64,000 nt of DNA, taken from the NCBI GenBank assembly GCA_963713825.1, contig CAVQNG010000003.1:1376001-1440000 (forward strand), read 5' to 3'. The notes beneath the pieces were generated by a model that did not search any database, was not told where the DNA came from, and saw only the letters and a list, made by a program, of their open reading frames with translations. Made by a program: the position numbers and the translations under genes. Shown in pieces: positions 1 to 8,915 of this stretch (positions within the stretch are counted from its first letter, which is position 1; every line of letters begins with the position of its first letter). Source of the DNA: an uncultured Acidobacteriota bacterium. Lineage in GTDB: Bacteria; Acidobacteriota; Thermoanaerobaculia; Multivoradales; JAHEKO01.

Positions 1-861
1 GACCCGCTCCCCCCAGAGGAGGTCGTAGGAGAAGGCCGGTATCTCACTCATGTGAATGCCGGCGCAGACTACGATGCCCGCCTTGCGTACCGCCCGAAGC
101 GACAGGGGGAGCAAGGCTCCGACCGGGGCGAAGAGAATTGCGGCATCAAGCTCTTCCGGGGGAAGCTCGTCGGAAGCCCCTGCCCAGATTGCACCGAGCC
201 GTCTGGCGAAAGCTTGACCCTCTTTGTCGCCCGGTCGGGTGAAGGCATAGACCTCCCTTCCCTGGTGTCGAGCGACCTGCGCGATGATGTGGGCGGCCGC
301 GCCGAATCCGTAGAGACCGACTCTGTGAGCCTCGCCGGTCATGCGAAGAGATCGAAAGCCGATCAGTCCTGCACAGAGCAGGGGAGCGGCCTCGAAATCC
401 GAGAAGCTCTCGGGGATGGGGAAGCAATACCGTGCATCGGCGAGTGTGTACTCGGCATATCCACCGTCGATTTGGTAGCCGGTGAAGCGGGCCTGGTCAC
501 AGAGGTTCTCCCGACCTCCGGTGCAGTAATCGCATTTGCCGCAGGTCCAGCCCAGCCACGGTATGCCGACTCGCTGCCCTGTCTCGAGGCCGTCGACGTT
601 GGGACCGAGCGCCGCCACCGTGCCGACGATCTCATGGCCCAGGACGAGCGGCAGCTTGGGCTCGTCGAGGTCTCCGTCCACGACATGCAGGTCGGTGCGG
701 CAGACCCCGCAGGCCGTCACACGAATAAGCACCTGGCCGGGGCCACACCGGGGTGTCTCAATCTCCACCAAGCGGAGTGGGTCCCCGACTCGCTCGAAGA
801 GCATAGCCCTCATGGTCGCTGGTGGGGCTGGGCTTTCCGGTTTTGTAGCGATATTGGTCAT
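1..861 (-). CDS. Zinc-dependent alcohol dehydrogenase family protein (3' end runs off the window)
   Basis: Not in the ORF track because it lacks a stop in the window. Manual minus-strand translation gives MTNIATKPESPAPPATMRAMLFERVGDPLRLVE...ACGVCRTDLH...LGHEIVG...CGKCDYC...ENLC...GLYGFGAAAH (catalytic and structural Zn motifs plus Rossmann). ATG at 861 overlaps the upstream stop (TGATG); alternative ATG at 813. Confidence 0.9.
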   Translation of the reverse strand, partial: MTNIATKPESPAPPATMRAMLFERVGDPLRLVEIETPRCGPGQVLIRVTACGVCRTDLHVVDGDLDEPKLPLVLGHEIVGTVAALGPNVDGLETGQRVGIPWLGWTCGKCDYCTGGRENLCDQARFTGYQIDGGYAEYTLADARYCFPIPESFSDFEAAPLLCAGLIGFRSLRMTGEAHRVGLYGFGAAAHIIAQVARHQGREVYAFTRPGDKEGQAFARRLGAIWAGASDELPPEELDAAILFAPVGALLPLSLRAVRKAGIVVCAGIHMSEIPAFSYDLLWGERV

Positions 862-1226
862 CAATCGTCGAGCGGCCCGCTGACCATCGCTTCGATGAAA
901 TCTGCGATCTGCAGCAGTTGATCCACGCTCATCGAGCCTACTGTGCTACGCACGACCGAGGGAAGCACCCTCCCGGCAGTTCCAAGTGCCACTTCCACTC
1001 CTTTGCGCCGGATGGTGCCCACACCGACCAGCTCCAAGGGGTGGAGAAAGAAATAGGTCAGCCCGGTGTGGGTCAAATCGATAACCAGGTCGATCAAGTC
1101 GGCCACGACCTTGCGGTCGGCGGGATCCTTCCGCAATGCAGACACAACCTCCGAGATCCTGGTGTACTGGACCGGGTCGATCTCGAAGGCGACTCTGCCG
1201 CCACTGCCGGTCTTACTCGTCGTCAT
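861..1226 (-). CDS. Hypothetical protein (121 aa, helical), translationally coupled to the ADH
   Basis: Fills the gap between co-oriented genes, 12 bp after the amidohydrolase stop; TGATG overlap with ADH. Confidence 0.7.
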   Translation of the reverse strand: MTTSKTGSGGRVAFEIDPVQYTRISEVVSALRKDPADRKVVADLIDLVIDLTHTGLTYFFLHPLELVGVGTIRRKGVEVALGTAGRVLPSVVRSTVGSMSVDQLLQIADFIEAMVSGPLDD

Positions 1227-1238
1227 GATCGAATCAGC

Positions 1239-3245
1239 TCACTGGCCAACGCCGATGGCCTGGTACATTTCGGTTGGGCGAAAAATCGTGCCGTCCTTCA
1301 CCGTCAGCGTCACCTTGCGGATATCCGACATGTCTGCGATGGGATCTCCATCGATGAGGACGAAATCAGCCAACTTGCCGACCTCGATGCTGCCCAGCCG
1401 TTCGGCTCGACCTGCGATCTTGGCTGAGCCCAGTGTCGCCAGGCCCAACACTTCGGCTGGCGGAATTCCCGCTTCCACATAGAGCTCCAGCTCACGGTGC
1501 AGCCCGAAGCCGGCCAGGGTGTCGGTTCCGGCCACGATCGGAATCCCTGCTCGGTAGACTTCTCCGACCATCCTGACCATCACTCTGAAGGAGCGCTCGT
1601 AGCGCTCCTCCTCGCCAGCGGGTGGTTCCAGGCCACCGCCCATCATGCCTCGGCGAACCTGCGGCGGCAGCCGATGGATGATGGGCTTCCAGGTGACCGG
1701 CACGATGCCGGGACGAGCCGTGAACATGCCTTCGAAAATGGCGATCGTCGGATCCACGATGATGGCCTTCTGACGCAGGAACTCGAAGAAGGCGAGGGTC
1801 TCGGGGGCCTCGAAATCGAAGTCCGCGGCGCGTTGGGCCACCTCGGTGAAGCGGGCCGGTGTGCGCGTATCGATCCCTTCGTCGCCCCAGAAGGTCAGGA
1901 ACAGCATGTTGGCGTGTTGAATCTCGTCGAAGCCGTCCTTGATCGCCTGCTCGGCCGTCATGCCATTGGGTATGTGACCACTCACCCGCATGCCCCGATG
2001 GTGTGCTCGCTCGGCCATGTAAGGCACCAGCTCGGGCAGGACCGAGCTGTAGATTTTGATCTGCTCGAAGCCCAGGTCGCCGTAGCGATCGATGGCCACC
2101 CTGGCCTCTTCCTCGGTGTCGACCAGAATCTTGGTGGGTCCGGCATAGGGTCCAGGGCCATCGATGAAGCCGGACAAGATGAGTCGTGGGCCGACGGCTG
2201 TACCCTCCTGCCATGCGAGCCTGAGGGCCAGGGCTTTGTCGATGTCATTGGCCATGTCCCGCACCGTCGTCACTCCGGCGGCGAGATTGAGAATTCCATC
2301 GAGGTCGCCGACGTGGGTGTGCATGTCCCAGAGGCCTGGCATGAGAAGCTTGCCGCCAGCATCGATGACCTCGACCTCCTTCGGCAGCTCCAGGGTGCCA
2401 TCCTCTCCGACAGCCCGGATGGTGTTGCCGACCACGAGGACCGTCTGGCCGTCGACGGGCTTCTCTCGGGTGGCGTCCCAAACGCGAGCGTTTTCGAAAG
2501 CCACTCCGTGCTCGGGTTGATGCGCGAGGCGCCCAACCAGCCCTGCTGTCCAGGCGGTGTTGGCGGCATCGTCGATCCGCGCCATCTCCTCACCGATCGA
2601 CTCCCAGCCCTCCGGCAGGAACGAGAACCACATGCTGGTAGCGCCGAAGAACTCATTCTTCTCGTCGAGCCAGATAAACGTCGGGGAGAAGCCGAGGCCG
2701 GTAAGGGAGACATGGCGGAGGTTCTTCGTCCGACCTTCGGTCGAGAAAGTCCTTTCTCCCACGATTTCGAGGTGTGCTTCGCCATCCGGTAGAAGGTCGA
2801 TAAGCTGATCGGGCGAGGTGAGCAGTGCCCTGGCGAGAAGCCCCAGCTCGGGGCAAGCGCTCTCCCGGCTGAGGTAGAACGCGGCCCCCGCGAGGGGTCT
2901 GTCGTCCTTCTCCTGACTGTTCTGCCAGCGTACCGCCCCCCCACTCCAACTGAAGCTCTCATCGACCGCGGCCTTCATGTAGTCGTTACCCGTGGTGGCG
3001 ATCTCTCTTGGCAGTCCGTCGTCACCGAGGACGACACGGGTGTCGAGATTCGGTCCACGGCCGCGGTCGTTGAACTCGAAGTGACACTGCAGCTCTCCGG
3101 GCTCAGGAGTCTCGATCTCCATGAAACCGGCCGGATTGCCCTGGATCAGCACTACCCATTTTTCGGCCGAAGCCGGGGCAGTGGCGATCATCAGAACGGT
3201 CGCGAGCAGAGGTGGCAGCCGGAGCCAGGGCCAGGATTGGTTCAT
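1239..3245 (-). CDS. Secreted amidohydrolase family protein (N-terminal beta domain + TIM-barrel metallohydrolase)
   Basis: Signal peptide; PGLWDMHTH, QIKIY, SGHIP, IQHAN, AGTD, GSIEVGKLADFVL motifs. Confidence 0.9.
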   Translation of the reverse strand: MNQSWPWLRLPPLLATVLMIATAPASAEKWVVLIQGNPAGFMEIETPEPGELQCHFEFNDRGRGPNLDTRVVLGDDGLPREIATTGNDYMKAAVDESFSWSGGAVRWQNSQEKDDRPLAGAAFYLSRESACPELGLLARALLTSPDQLIDLLPDGEAHLEIVGERTFSTEGRTKNLRHVSLTGLGFSPTFIWLDEKNEFFGATSMWFSFLPEGWESIGEEMARIDDAANTAWTAGLVGRLAHQPEHGVAFENARVWDATREKPVDGQTVLVVGNTIRAVGEDGTLELPKEVEVIDAGGKLLMPGLWDMHTHVGDLDGILNLAAGVTTVRDMANDIDKALALRLAWQEGTAVGPRLILSGFIDGPGPYAGPTKILVDTEEEARVAIDRYGDLGFEQIKIYSSVLPELVPYMAERAHHRGMRVSGHIPNGMTAEQAIKDGFDEIQHANMLFLTFWGDEGIDTRTPARFTEVAQRAADFDFEAPETLAFFEFLRQKAIIVDPTIAIFEGMFTARPGIVPVTWKPIIHRLPPQVRRGMMGGGLEPPAGEEERYERSFRVMVRMVGEVYRAGIPIVAGTDTLAGFGLHRELELYVEAGIPPAEVLGLATLGSAKIAGRAERLGSIEVGKLADFVLIDGDPIADMSDIRKVTLTVKDGTIFRPTEMYQAIGVGQ

Positions 3246-3359
3246 GAATCCTCCAAGAAGATCGGGAGAAGCTGGTGCCTCGAAAGAACTGCTGGGAACG
3301 GTTCGACTCTAGCACGGGGGTTGAAGGCCCCCGGCGAGCCGCCATCGTCGTCCAGGTCT

Positions 3360-4385
3360 CTATGCGGCACACCAGAAGTCGACCGTCTCGAGCAGGTCCA
3401 GAGACTCGAGTCGTTGACGAATTAGAGCCCGGGCTCCCCTCGAGGAGACCGCCGCCACCAGGACTCGACTGGTCGTTTCCTCCAGCAGTTGGGGAAGATC
3501 CTCTGGCGAATGGACAGGCCTGTTTCGCAATGTGCCACCGATCTTGGCGGTGTCGATGTCGATGAATGTCGTGACCGAAGCACCCTCCCGGATCAGATGC
3601 TTCGACAGGCGTCGGCCGGTCTGACCGGCGCCCCAGACGATGACACTGTCCACGCCCTTCAGAGGCCCGTGGGTCAGATGATGGGCCTTGCACGCGAGAA
3701 AACGCTCGACGGCGTAGCGGGGATCTGTGAAGGTCAGCCTCCCTTCGTGGTGTCGCCAGAAGTACAGCTCCTCGGGCACCTTGCCGAACCGCTTGCCGGC
3801 CGCAGCCAGCCGGAGCCAGAGATCGTAGTCCTCGGGGAATCCCACTTCACGATAGCCTCTCGCCTCTTCCAGCACGGATCGACGCACCATCGCCGCTGGG
3901 TGCGGGATGGGGCTCTCGATGAACCGCTCGCGGAGGATCTGGTCGTGGGTCACCAGGCTGTTGAGCCAGCCCTCGTAGATTCGCAGGCCTTCGCGAAGGG
4001 TCTCGTCCGGGAAGTGGGTCACCAGGCTGGCGACCACGTCCAGGTCGGGAGAGTCCTCGAACGCCTGCGCTTGGAGCTCCAGCCGCCTGGGGTGCACCTT
4101 GTCGTCAGCATCCATCCGTGCGATGAGCTCTCCTCGGCAGGCGGAAAGACCCGCGTTTAGAGTTTCCACCAGCCCCGAATGAGGTCGGGTCAAGACTCGG
4201 ATGCGGGAATCTCGGGAGCACCAGACTTTCAGGATCTCTGCCGACCCGTCGCTGGACCCATCGTCCACAGCCACGATCTCGAAGTCCTCGAAGCTCTGCT
4301 CGAGGAGGCTGGCGAGGCACTCATCGAGAAATTTCTCGCCGTTGAAGATCGGCAGAAGAACGGAGATGGTGGGCGAGGGAGGCAC
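3360..4385 (-). CDS. Glycosyltransferase family 2 with C-terminal Rossmann-like domain (QTGAL/B3GNTL1-like)
   Basis: SVLLPIFN, VDDGSSD, RMDADD, PEDYDLW, then VWGAGQTGRRL and FIDID. Likely start is GTG at 4385; the ORF-track start at 4490 adds a low-plausibility extension. Confidence 0.88.
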   Translation of the reverse strand: MPPSPTISVLLPIFNGEKFLDECLASLLEQSFEDFEIVAVDDGSSDGSAEILKVWCSRDSRIRVLTRPHSGLVETLNAGLSACRGELIARMDADDKVHPRRLELQAQAFEDSPDLDVVASLVTHFPDETLREGLRIYEGWLNSLVTHDQILRERFIESPIPHPAAMVRRSVLEEARGYREVGFPEDYDLWLRLAAAGKRFGKVPEELYFWRHHEGRLTFTDPRYAVERFLACKAHHLTHGPLKGVDSVIVWGAGQTGRRLSKHLIREGASVTTFIDIDTAKIGGTLRNRPVHSPEDLPQLLEETTSRVLVAAVSSRGARALIRQRLESLDLLETVDFWCAA

Positions 4386-4504
4386 GGTACCTGGAGCTCC
4401 GGTGGTTCGATAGGCGCGGGCAAGTGTAACCTTCCGGAAACGCCGTTCCGCCGGGCCTCGTCCAGCCGGCAGAGCCCGCCGCTTCCACAACGGGAGTCAA
4501 AGTC

Positions 4505-4930
4505 ATGTGCGATCACTATCGGAAGCTCGAGCGGATGTACCTTTCCGCACCGGTCAATCGGATCTACTCTCCAAAGATTCAGATCGACGAGGGCCGAGCC
4601 GTCGTCGAGATCAAAGTCGGCGAACAGTTCTTCCACGCGGCAAATGCGGTCCACGGTGCGGTCTACTTCAAGGCCCTCGATGACGCCGCATTCTTCGCGG
4701 CGAACTCCCTCGTCACGGACACCTTTGTTCTTACGGTCTCGTTCAATGTCTACTTCACACGTCCCGTGAGAGAAGGAACGCTGCGTGCGGAGGGTCGAGT
4801 TGTCAGCCGCTCGAAGAGCCTCATCATTGCCGAGGCCGTCCTTTTCAACGGCGACGTCGAAGTGGCTCGCGGCAGCGGGTCCTTCGTTCCGAGCAAGATC
4901 GAGCTGTCGGAGAAGCTCGGCTACTGCTGA
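4505..4930 (+). CDS. PaaI family thioesterase (hotdog fold)
   Basis: FFHAANAVHGAVYFKALDDAAFFAA and SFNVYFTRPV motifs. Confidence 0.9.
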   Translation: MCDHYRKLERMYLSAPVNRIYSPKIQIDEGRAVVEIKVGEQFFHAANAVHGAVYFKALDDAAFFAANSLVTDTFVLTVSFNVYFTRPVREGTLRAEGRVVSRSKSLIIAEAVLFNGDVEVARGSGSFVPSKIELSEKLGYC

Positions 4931-4934
4931 GTCC

Positions 4935-5720
4935 TCACTCGAGCTTCTCGACAGGCAGCTGGAGGTCGTCTGGAAGGCTGCCACGCAGCGCTGTCTCGTA
5001 GAAGCGTCGTCGCAGCTCCATTCCCTCCTCGGGAGTGAGGTCTCCCGGCTCGCCCCAGGCGCGGCGGCGGGACTCGACGGCCCAGGACAATGTGACGGCA
5101 GCTGCGACGGAGATATTCAGGGATTGAGAGAGCCCATAGAGGGGTATCACAAAGGTCCCGTCGCAGGCCTCGATGAGCTCCGCGGGAAGTCCCTTGGACT
5201 CGTTGCCGAAGAGGATCGCCATAGGCCTGGTGAAGTCCATCTCCGTGAGGGGTAGGGCGCCTTCGTTGAAGGCAGCCGCGTAGAAAGCCAGGCCCCGATC
5301 CCGCAGCTGGTTCTGGGCGCTGGCAAAGTCGGAGTGCTCGATGACATCGATCCAGCGGTGCGCATTCTGGGTGATTCGTGGGCTGGCATGGAGGGAGCGT
5401 CCCTCTGTGCTATGGATGAAGTGGAACTCTTGCAGGCCCAGGGCCTCGCAGCTGCGCATGACCGCCGCCTGGTTGTGCGGGTCGTGAACGCCGTGCAGCA
5501 CCGGCACCAGTGTGCGAGTTCGATGGCGGATGGCCTCTTCGAGACGGAAACGCCGCACAGGGTTGAGCAGGCCCCGGTCGCGAAAGGCTTGCAGCTCCGC
5601 GGGGAACTCGTCGGTGAGCCTCTCCAAGTCGGCCAACTGCTCCTCGGTCGGCGGCGGCTTGGGCGTGCGGCCGCCCCTCGGTGAGGGTGTCCCATCGGCT
5701 CGCAATCTGCGCTTGGTCAT
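4935..5720 (-). CDS. trmH: TrmH/SpoU family RNA 2'-O-methyltransferase, likely tRNA (Gm18) methyltransferase
   Basis: HDPHNQAAVMRSCEALG, LFGNESKG, IPLYGLSQSLNISVAAA SPOUT motifs. TATACT -10-like box 11 nt before the ATG. Confidence 0.8.
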   Translation of the reverse strand: MTKRRLRADGTPSPRGGRTPKPPPTEEQLADLERLTDEFPAELQAFRDRGLLNPVRRFRLEEAIRHRTRTLVPVLHGVHDPHNQAAVMRSCEALGLQEFHFIHSTEGRSLHASPRITQNAHRWIDVIEHSDFASAQNQLRDRGLAFYAAAFNEGALPLTEMDFTRPMAILFGNESKGLPAELIEACDGTFVIPLYGLSQSLNISVAAAVTLSWAVESRRRAWGEPGDLTPEEGMELRRRFYETALRGSLPDDLQLPVEKLE

Positions 5721-5780
5721 GCCTGCTGTTCAGTATAAGGGCACCAGGAGGTCCTGGGTCCTAGGCAGATGACTACGATT

Positions 5781-5954
5781 GTGTGGAGGTTCGTCCGGGT
5801 GGTCCGCAGGCGGACGGCAGCGGCTACTCAAACTGCAACGGGGGGCCGCCACCTCGTCACGTCTTCGCGCCGGATCTCGCGTAGTCTTCGATGGCTCTTG
5901 CGCTGCGCTCGACGAGGCGCCCCCTGTCGAACCACCCGAACGAACCTCTGGCAC
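5781..5954 (-). repeat. Long inverted-repeat element (MITE-like or structured RNA)
   Basis: Arms 5786-5806 and 5928-5948 form a 21-bp helix whose two mismatches are G-U pairs on the minus strand. A second inner stem pairs about 5841-5858 with 5911-5924. Confidence 0.55.
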
Positions 5955-5988
5955 CAACAAGGGGCATAAGGGCCTAGGGCAGTAGGGG

Positions 5989-6028
5989 CGTAAGGGGCGG
6001 GTCAGAAACGTAAGGGGCGGGTCAGAAA
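5989..6028 (+). repeat. Perfect 20-bp tandem duplication (cgtaaggggcgggtcagaaa x2) within a G-run tract
   Basis: Read directly at 5989-6008 and 6009-6028. Confidence 0.9.
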
Positions 6029-6198
6029 TCAGAGTCTTGAGGTGTCTCGACGGTGGTAGATCGGGCCTCTCAGCTCCAAGCCCTCAAGGACCGGCTGGAG
6101 CAAGCGACAGCAGCCTCAACCCCAAGCCCTCAAAGATCGTCCGGAGGTACGACCGGACGCCTCAACCCTCGAAGTCCCACGCCCATGGCGGGGGCGAG

Positions 6199-7641
6199 CT
6201 AAAACAGTCCGAGGATGCGGGGAAGATCCTCTTCGAGGGCGGCTTCGGCTTCCTGCTGGGTCTCGCCCATGGCGATCACGTCCAGCTTTCCGTGACTCTC
6301 GAGAGGACCGGTGTTGTAGAAGATGAATCGCCCGGTACCACTTTGGACGTCGTAGGCTTCGCTTCCAACCTGTTCGATCAGGTCGCTGAAGCTGGCTCCC
6401 ACGAGTCCGGGATGGATGAAATCCTGGGCGCGATAGGGCGGCCGGGGTCGACCCGCCATGAGGCGGTCCATGAAGGTCATGGGAATGCTCGTGCCGCCCC
6501 AGCGGCCGTTGCACTCGGTGAAGTGCAGTTGAAAGTCCCCGACCGGCTCGCCGACGAGGACGAAATCGAACGAGCAGCGGCCGACGTAGCCGAGAGCCTG
6601 GAGGGCGAGACCGACCGCGATGGATCCTTCTCCGGCGGCGGTGTTGACCGCTGGTGGCAACGTCGAGGGTCGGCTGCCAACGAAGACCTTCCTCTTGCCT
6701 TCGAGAAGTTGCTCGAAGACTCCATCCAGCCGAGGTGGGCCCAATTCCGGCGGCGGAATCCACAGTTGTGTCGAAGGCGAGTGGTCGACCTTTTCCCAAG
6801 CCACGACCTGCACGTCTTCGTCGCCTTGCCATTGCGTGCGGTCGAGAAATCGACGCACTCTAGTGGTGACGCGCTCCATACCTTGGCCCCGAATCTCGTC
6901 AGCGGCAAAGACCTTGTTGCCCATGGCAGAGGCACAGCGCAAGCGTTTCAAGCCGACCTGGGAGTGGCGCTTGGCCAGTGACAGAAGTTCCTTTGCCAGC
7001 GCTTCTGGCGATCGACCACTGCGTGTTTCCACGAGCCACTCGGGACCGAGGACCGACTCCACCAGTCGGCTGAAGGCCTGCTTGTCGTTGGCGATCCACG
7101 TCACAGGTGGTGGAGGTGCCGCCACGCTGACCGGAGATTTGGTTGACTGGGCCAGCGAACCCGCCAACTCCCACACTTCCTCGATTCCCATGAAGGGATC
7201 GATGGTCAAGCCGCCACTGGCTTCGATCCGCTTCAGGATTCGATGCCAGGCCGTGCCTTCGCCGCAGGCTCGTGCCAGAGCCAGCCGCGTCTCGACAGGC
7301 TTGGCTTGGACGAAATCGACTGGCGCCAAGTCGAGCTTGTCTCTGCAGTACGTCTCATAGCCAGGTGCGGTCGGAGTAACCGCGGCGTAGAGGTCGTTTG
7401 GTTTCGCCCTGAGCCGCGCTCGATGCTGGTACTCCTCGACGCCGGTGATGTCGACCAGGAAGGGAATCCCCGAGAAATCGTCCAAACGCAGCACGGGACC
7501 TCGAAGCTCCGGACCCGCCCACTGTAATTGGGCAAAGGGTGCGAGCCTGGCCTCGAGGTCCAATTCCTCGGTCAACTTCGCCGCCGCAGCATCAGCAGTG
7601 CGAGCGAGCGCCTCTGGGGTTCCTTGTCGAATCATGTTCAC
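6199..7641 (-). CDS. PreATP-grasp/ATP-grasp protein (PGM1-like peptide ligase family)
   Basis: ANDKQAF, GLKRLRCASAMGN, SPSTQLWI, GYVGRCSFDF, FTECNGRWGG (ATP-grasp E-x-N-x-R). Confidence 0.75.
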   Translation of the reverse strand: MNMIRQGTPEALARTADAAAAKLTEELDLEARLAPFAQLQWAGPELRGPVLRLDDFSGIPFLVDITGVEEYQHRARLRAKPNDLYAAVTPTAPGYETYCRDKLDLAPVDFVQAKPVETRLALARACGEGTAWHRILKRIEASGGLTIDPFMGIEEVWELAGSLAQSTKSPVSVAAPPPPVTWIANDKQAFSRLVESVLGPEWLVETRSGRSPEALAKELLSLAKRHSQVGLKRLRCASAMGNKVFAADEIRGQGMERVTTRVRRFLDRTQWQGDEDVQVVAWEKVDHSPSTQLWIPPPELGPPRLDGVFEQLLEGKRKVFVGSRPSTLPPAVNTAAGEGSIAVGLALQALGYVGRCSFDFVLVGEPVGDFQLHFTECNGRWGGTSIPMTFMDRLMAGRPRPPYRAQDFIHPGLVGASFSDLIEQVGSEAYDVQSGTGRFIFYNTGPLESHGKLDVIAMGETQQEAEAALEEDLPRILGLF

Positions 7642-7697
7642 TACCCGAGTAAAGGGCCGTTGCTAGTCTAGCTGGGTCTCAAGCCTTCCAACGGCTA

Positions 7698-8843
7698 CTA
7701 ACCCTCGGGAAAGAGCGACGAGTCGATGCCTGGAACGACGCGCAGGGCGTTCTTGTAGTAGAGCTTTCTCAAGACATCGTCCGGCAGATCGAGACCGTAC
7801 ATCTTCCAGAAGGCGTGCCGGCGGCGGTAATAGTCGAAGTAGTCGTCGGCCGTCTCGAGGACGCGGAAGTAGACGTGATACTCCTCGGGTCGCCAGGAAT
7901 CCTTCCCGAACATCACCCGATCCTGGTAGCGGATCAGCCAGTCGCGGGCAAAGCGCGGCTGACGGCCCAACTCGGCGAGCACGGCGCCGATCTCGGTGTA
8001 CATGTTGGGCAGCTCGTCCATCAGCGCACCCAGTCTCTCGAGGTCGTTACCCATCCAGCCGAGATGGGCGTTGATGAAGTTGGTTCCCGGGTGCTGGCGA
8101 AAGATGTCGTGCTGCTCACCCATGACCTCCTCCCAGGAGGGGTAGATCGCGGGGTCGCGATAGCGGTCCGGCTTCTCGATGAGCTCGAGCAGCCGCTCGT
8201 TGTTGCCGTCCTTGTCCATCCAGAAAGGGGCCGGCTCACCGGTGTGGATCAGAACGGGTATCCCCAGCTCGCCACACTTGGCCCATATCGGGTCGAGGCG
8301 CGGATCGTTGACCGGGATTCTCTCGCCTTTCCCGTCTTTGGCGGTGAGCCCGAGATTCTTGTAGATCTTCAGGCCGTTGGCGCCGTTGCCGACGTCAGCC
8401 GCCAGTTGACGCACGGTGCGCTCGCTCCAGCCTGGCTCATCGATGCCGAAGAAGTCGATGTTGGTGAAGACGATGAAGCGCCCGGGAGCATTGGTCGTGG
8501 CGTTGGTCACCGCCCCAGCGAGATAGTCACTCTCCCGCAGTGCGTAGCGGGTCGAGCCGTCGGCTTCCTCGACGCGGCGAAAACCGCGCCCGCTCAAATT
8601 CACCATCACCGCCATGTTGAGCTTGTCCATCTCCGCTGTCAGCACGCCGAGATCCTGATCGGGCATGCCGAACTGGTGATTGTGGACATCGATGAAGGGG
8701 TACTTGGCCCGCGTCACCGGATGTTCGGACACCACGAGGGTGGAAGGTGGGTCGTACTTGTGAAAGGGCAGGTTCTCGGCATCCTGGGCCCAGGTACCTG
8801 CTGCAATGGACAACGCGATCACGATCGTCATCGCTCGACGCAT
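7698..8843 (-). CDS. Secreted amidohydrolase_2 family metallohydrolase
   Basis: Signal peptide from ATG 8843 (MRRAMT...); IDVHNH, GLKIYK, IHTGEP, AHLG, FGKD, LYYKNA motifs. Confidence 0.88.
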   Translation of the reverse strand: MRRAMTIVIALSIAAGTWAQDAENLPFHKYDPPSTLVVSEHPVTRAKYPFIDVHNHQFGMPDQDLGVLTAEMDKLNMAVMVNLSGRGFRRVEEADGSTRYALRESDYLAGAVTNATTNAPGRFIVFTNIDFFGIDEPGWSERTVRQLAADVGNGANGLKIYKNLGLTAKDGKGERIPVNDPRLDPIWAKCGELGIPVLIHTGEPAPFWMDKDGNNERLLELIEKPDRYRDPAIYPSWEEVMGEQHDIFRQHPGTNFINAHLGWMGNDLERLGALMDELPNMYTEIGAVLAELGRQPRFARDWLIRYQDRVMFGKDSWRPEEYHVYFRVLETADDYFDYYRRRHAFWKMYGLDLPDDVLRKLYYKNALRVVPGIDSSLFPEG

Positions 8844-8915
8844 GGTTTCGACTCCCTTGAGTGGGCTTTCTCTGGCGAACTCGTTGGAGGAGGATATCGC
8901 CAAAAAGGGGGATTG

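Noticed and set aside
52-921. 289-aa plus-strand ORF
   Set aside because: Antisense shadow of the Zn-ADH on the minus strand, which has all the catalytic motifs.
4395-4409. Recurrent aaccaccg(g)agc word (also near 43399 and 60775)
   Set aside because: Too short and GC-rich to distinguish from chance without counting.
5781-5954. 6S RNA call for the hairpin element
   Set aside because: The size fits, but the internal loop is strongly asymmetric and the usual gene context is absent, so it is left as an unassigned structured element.
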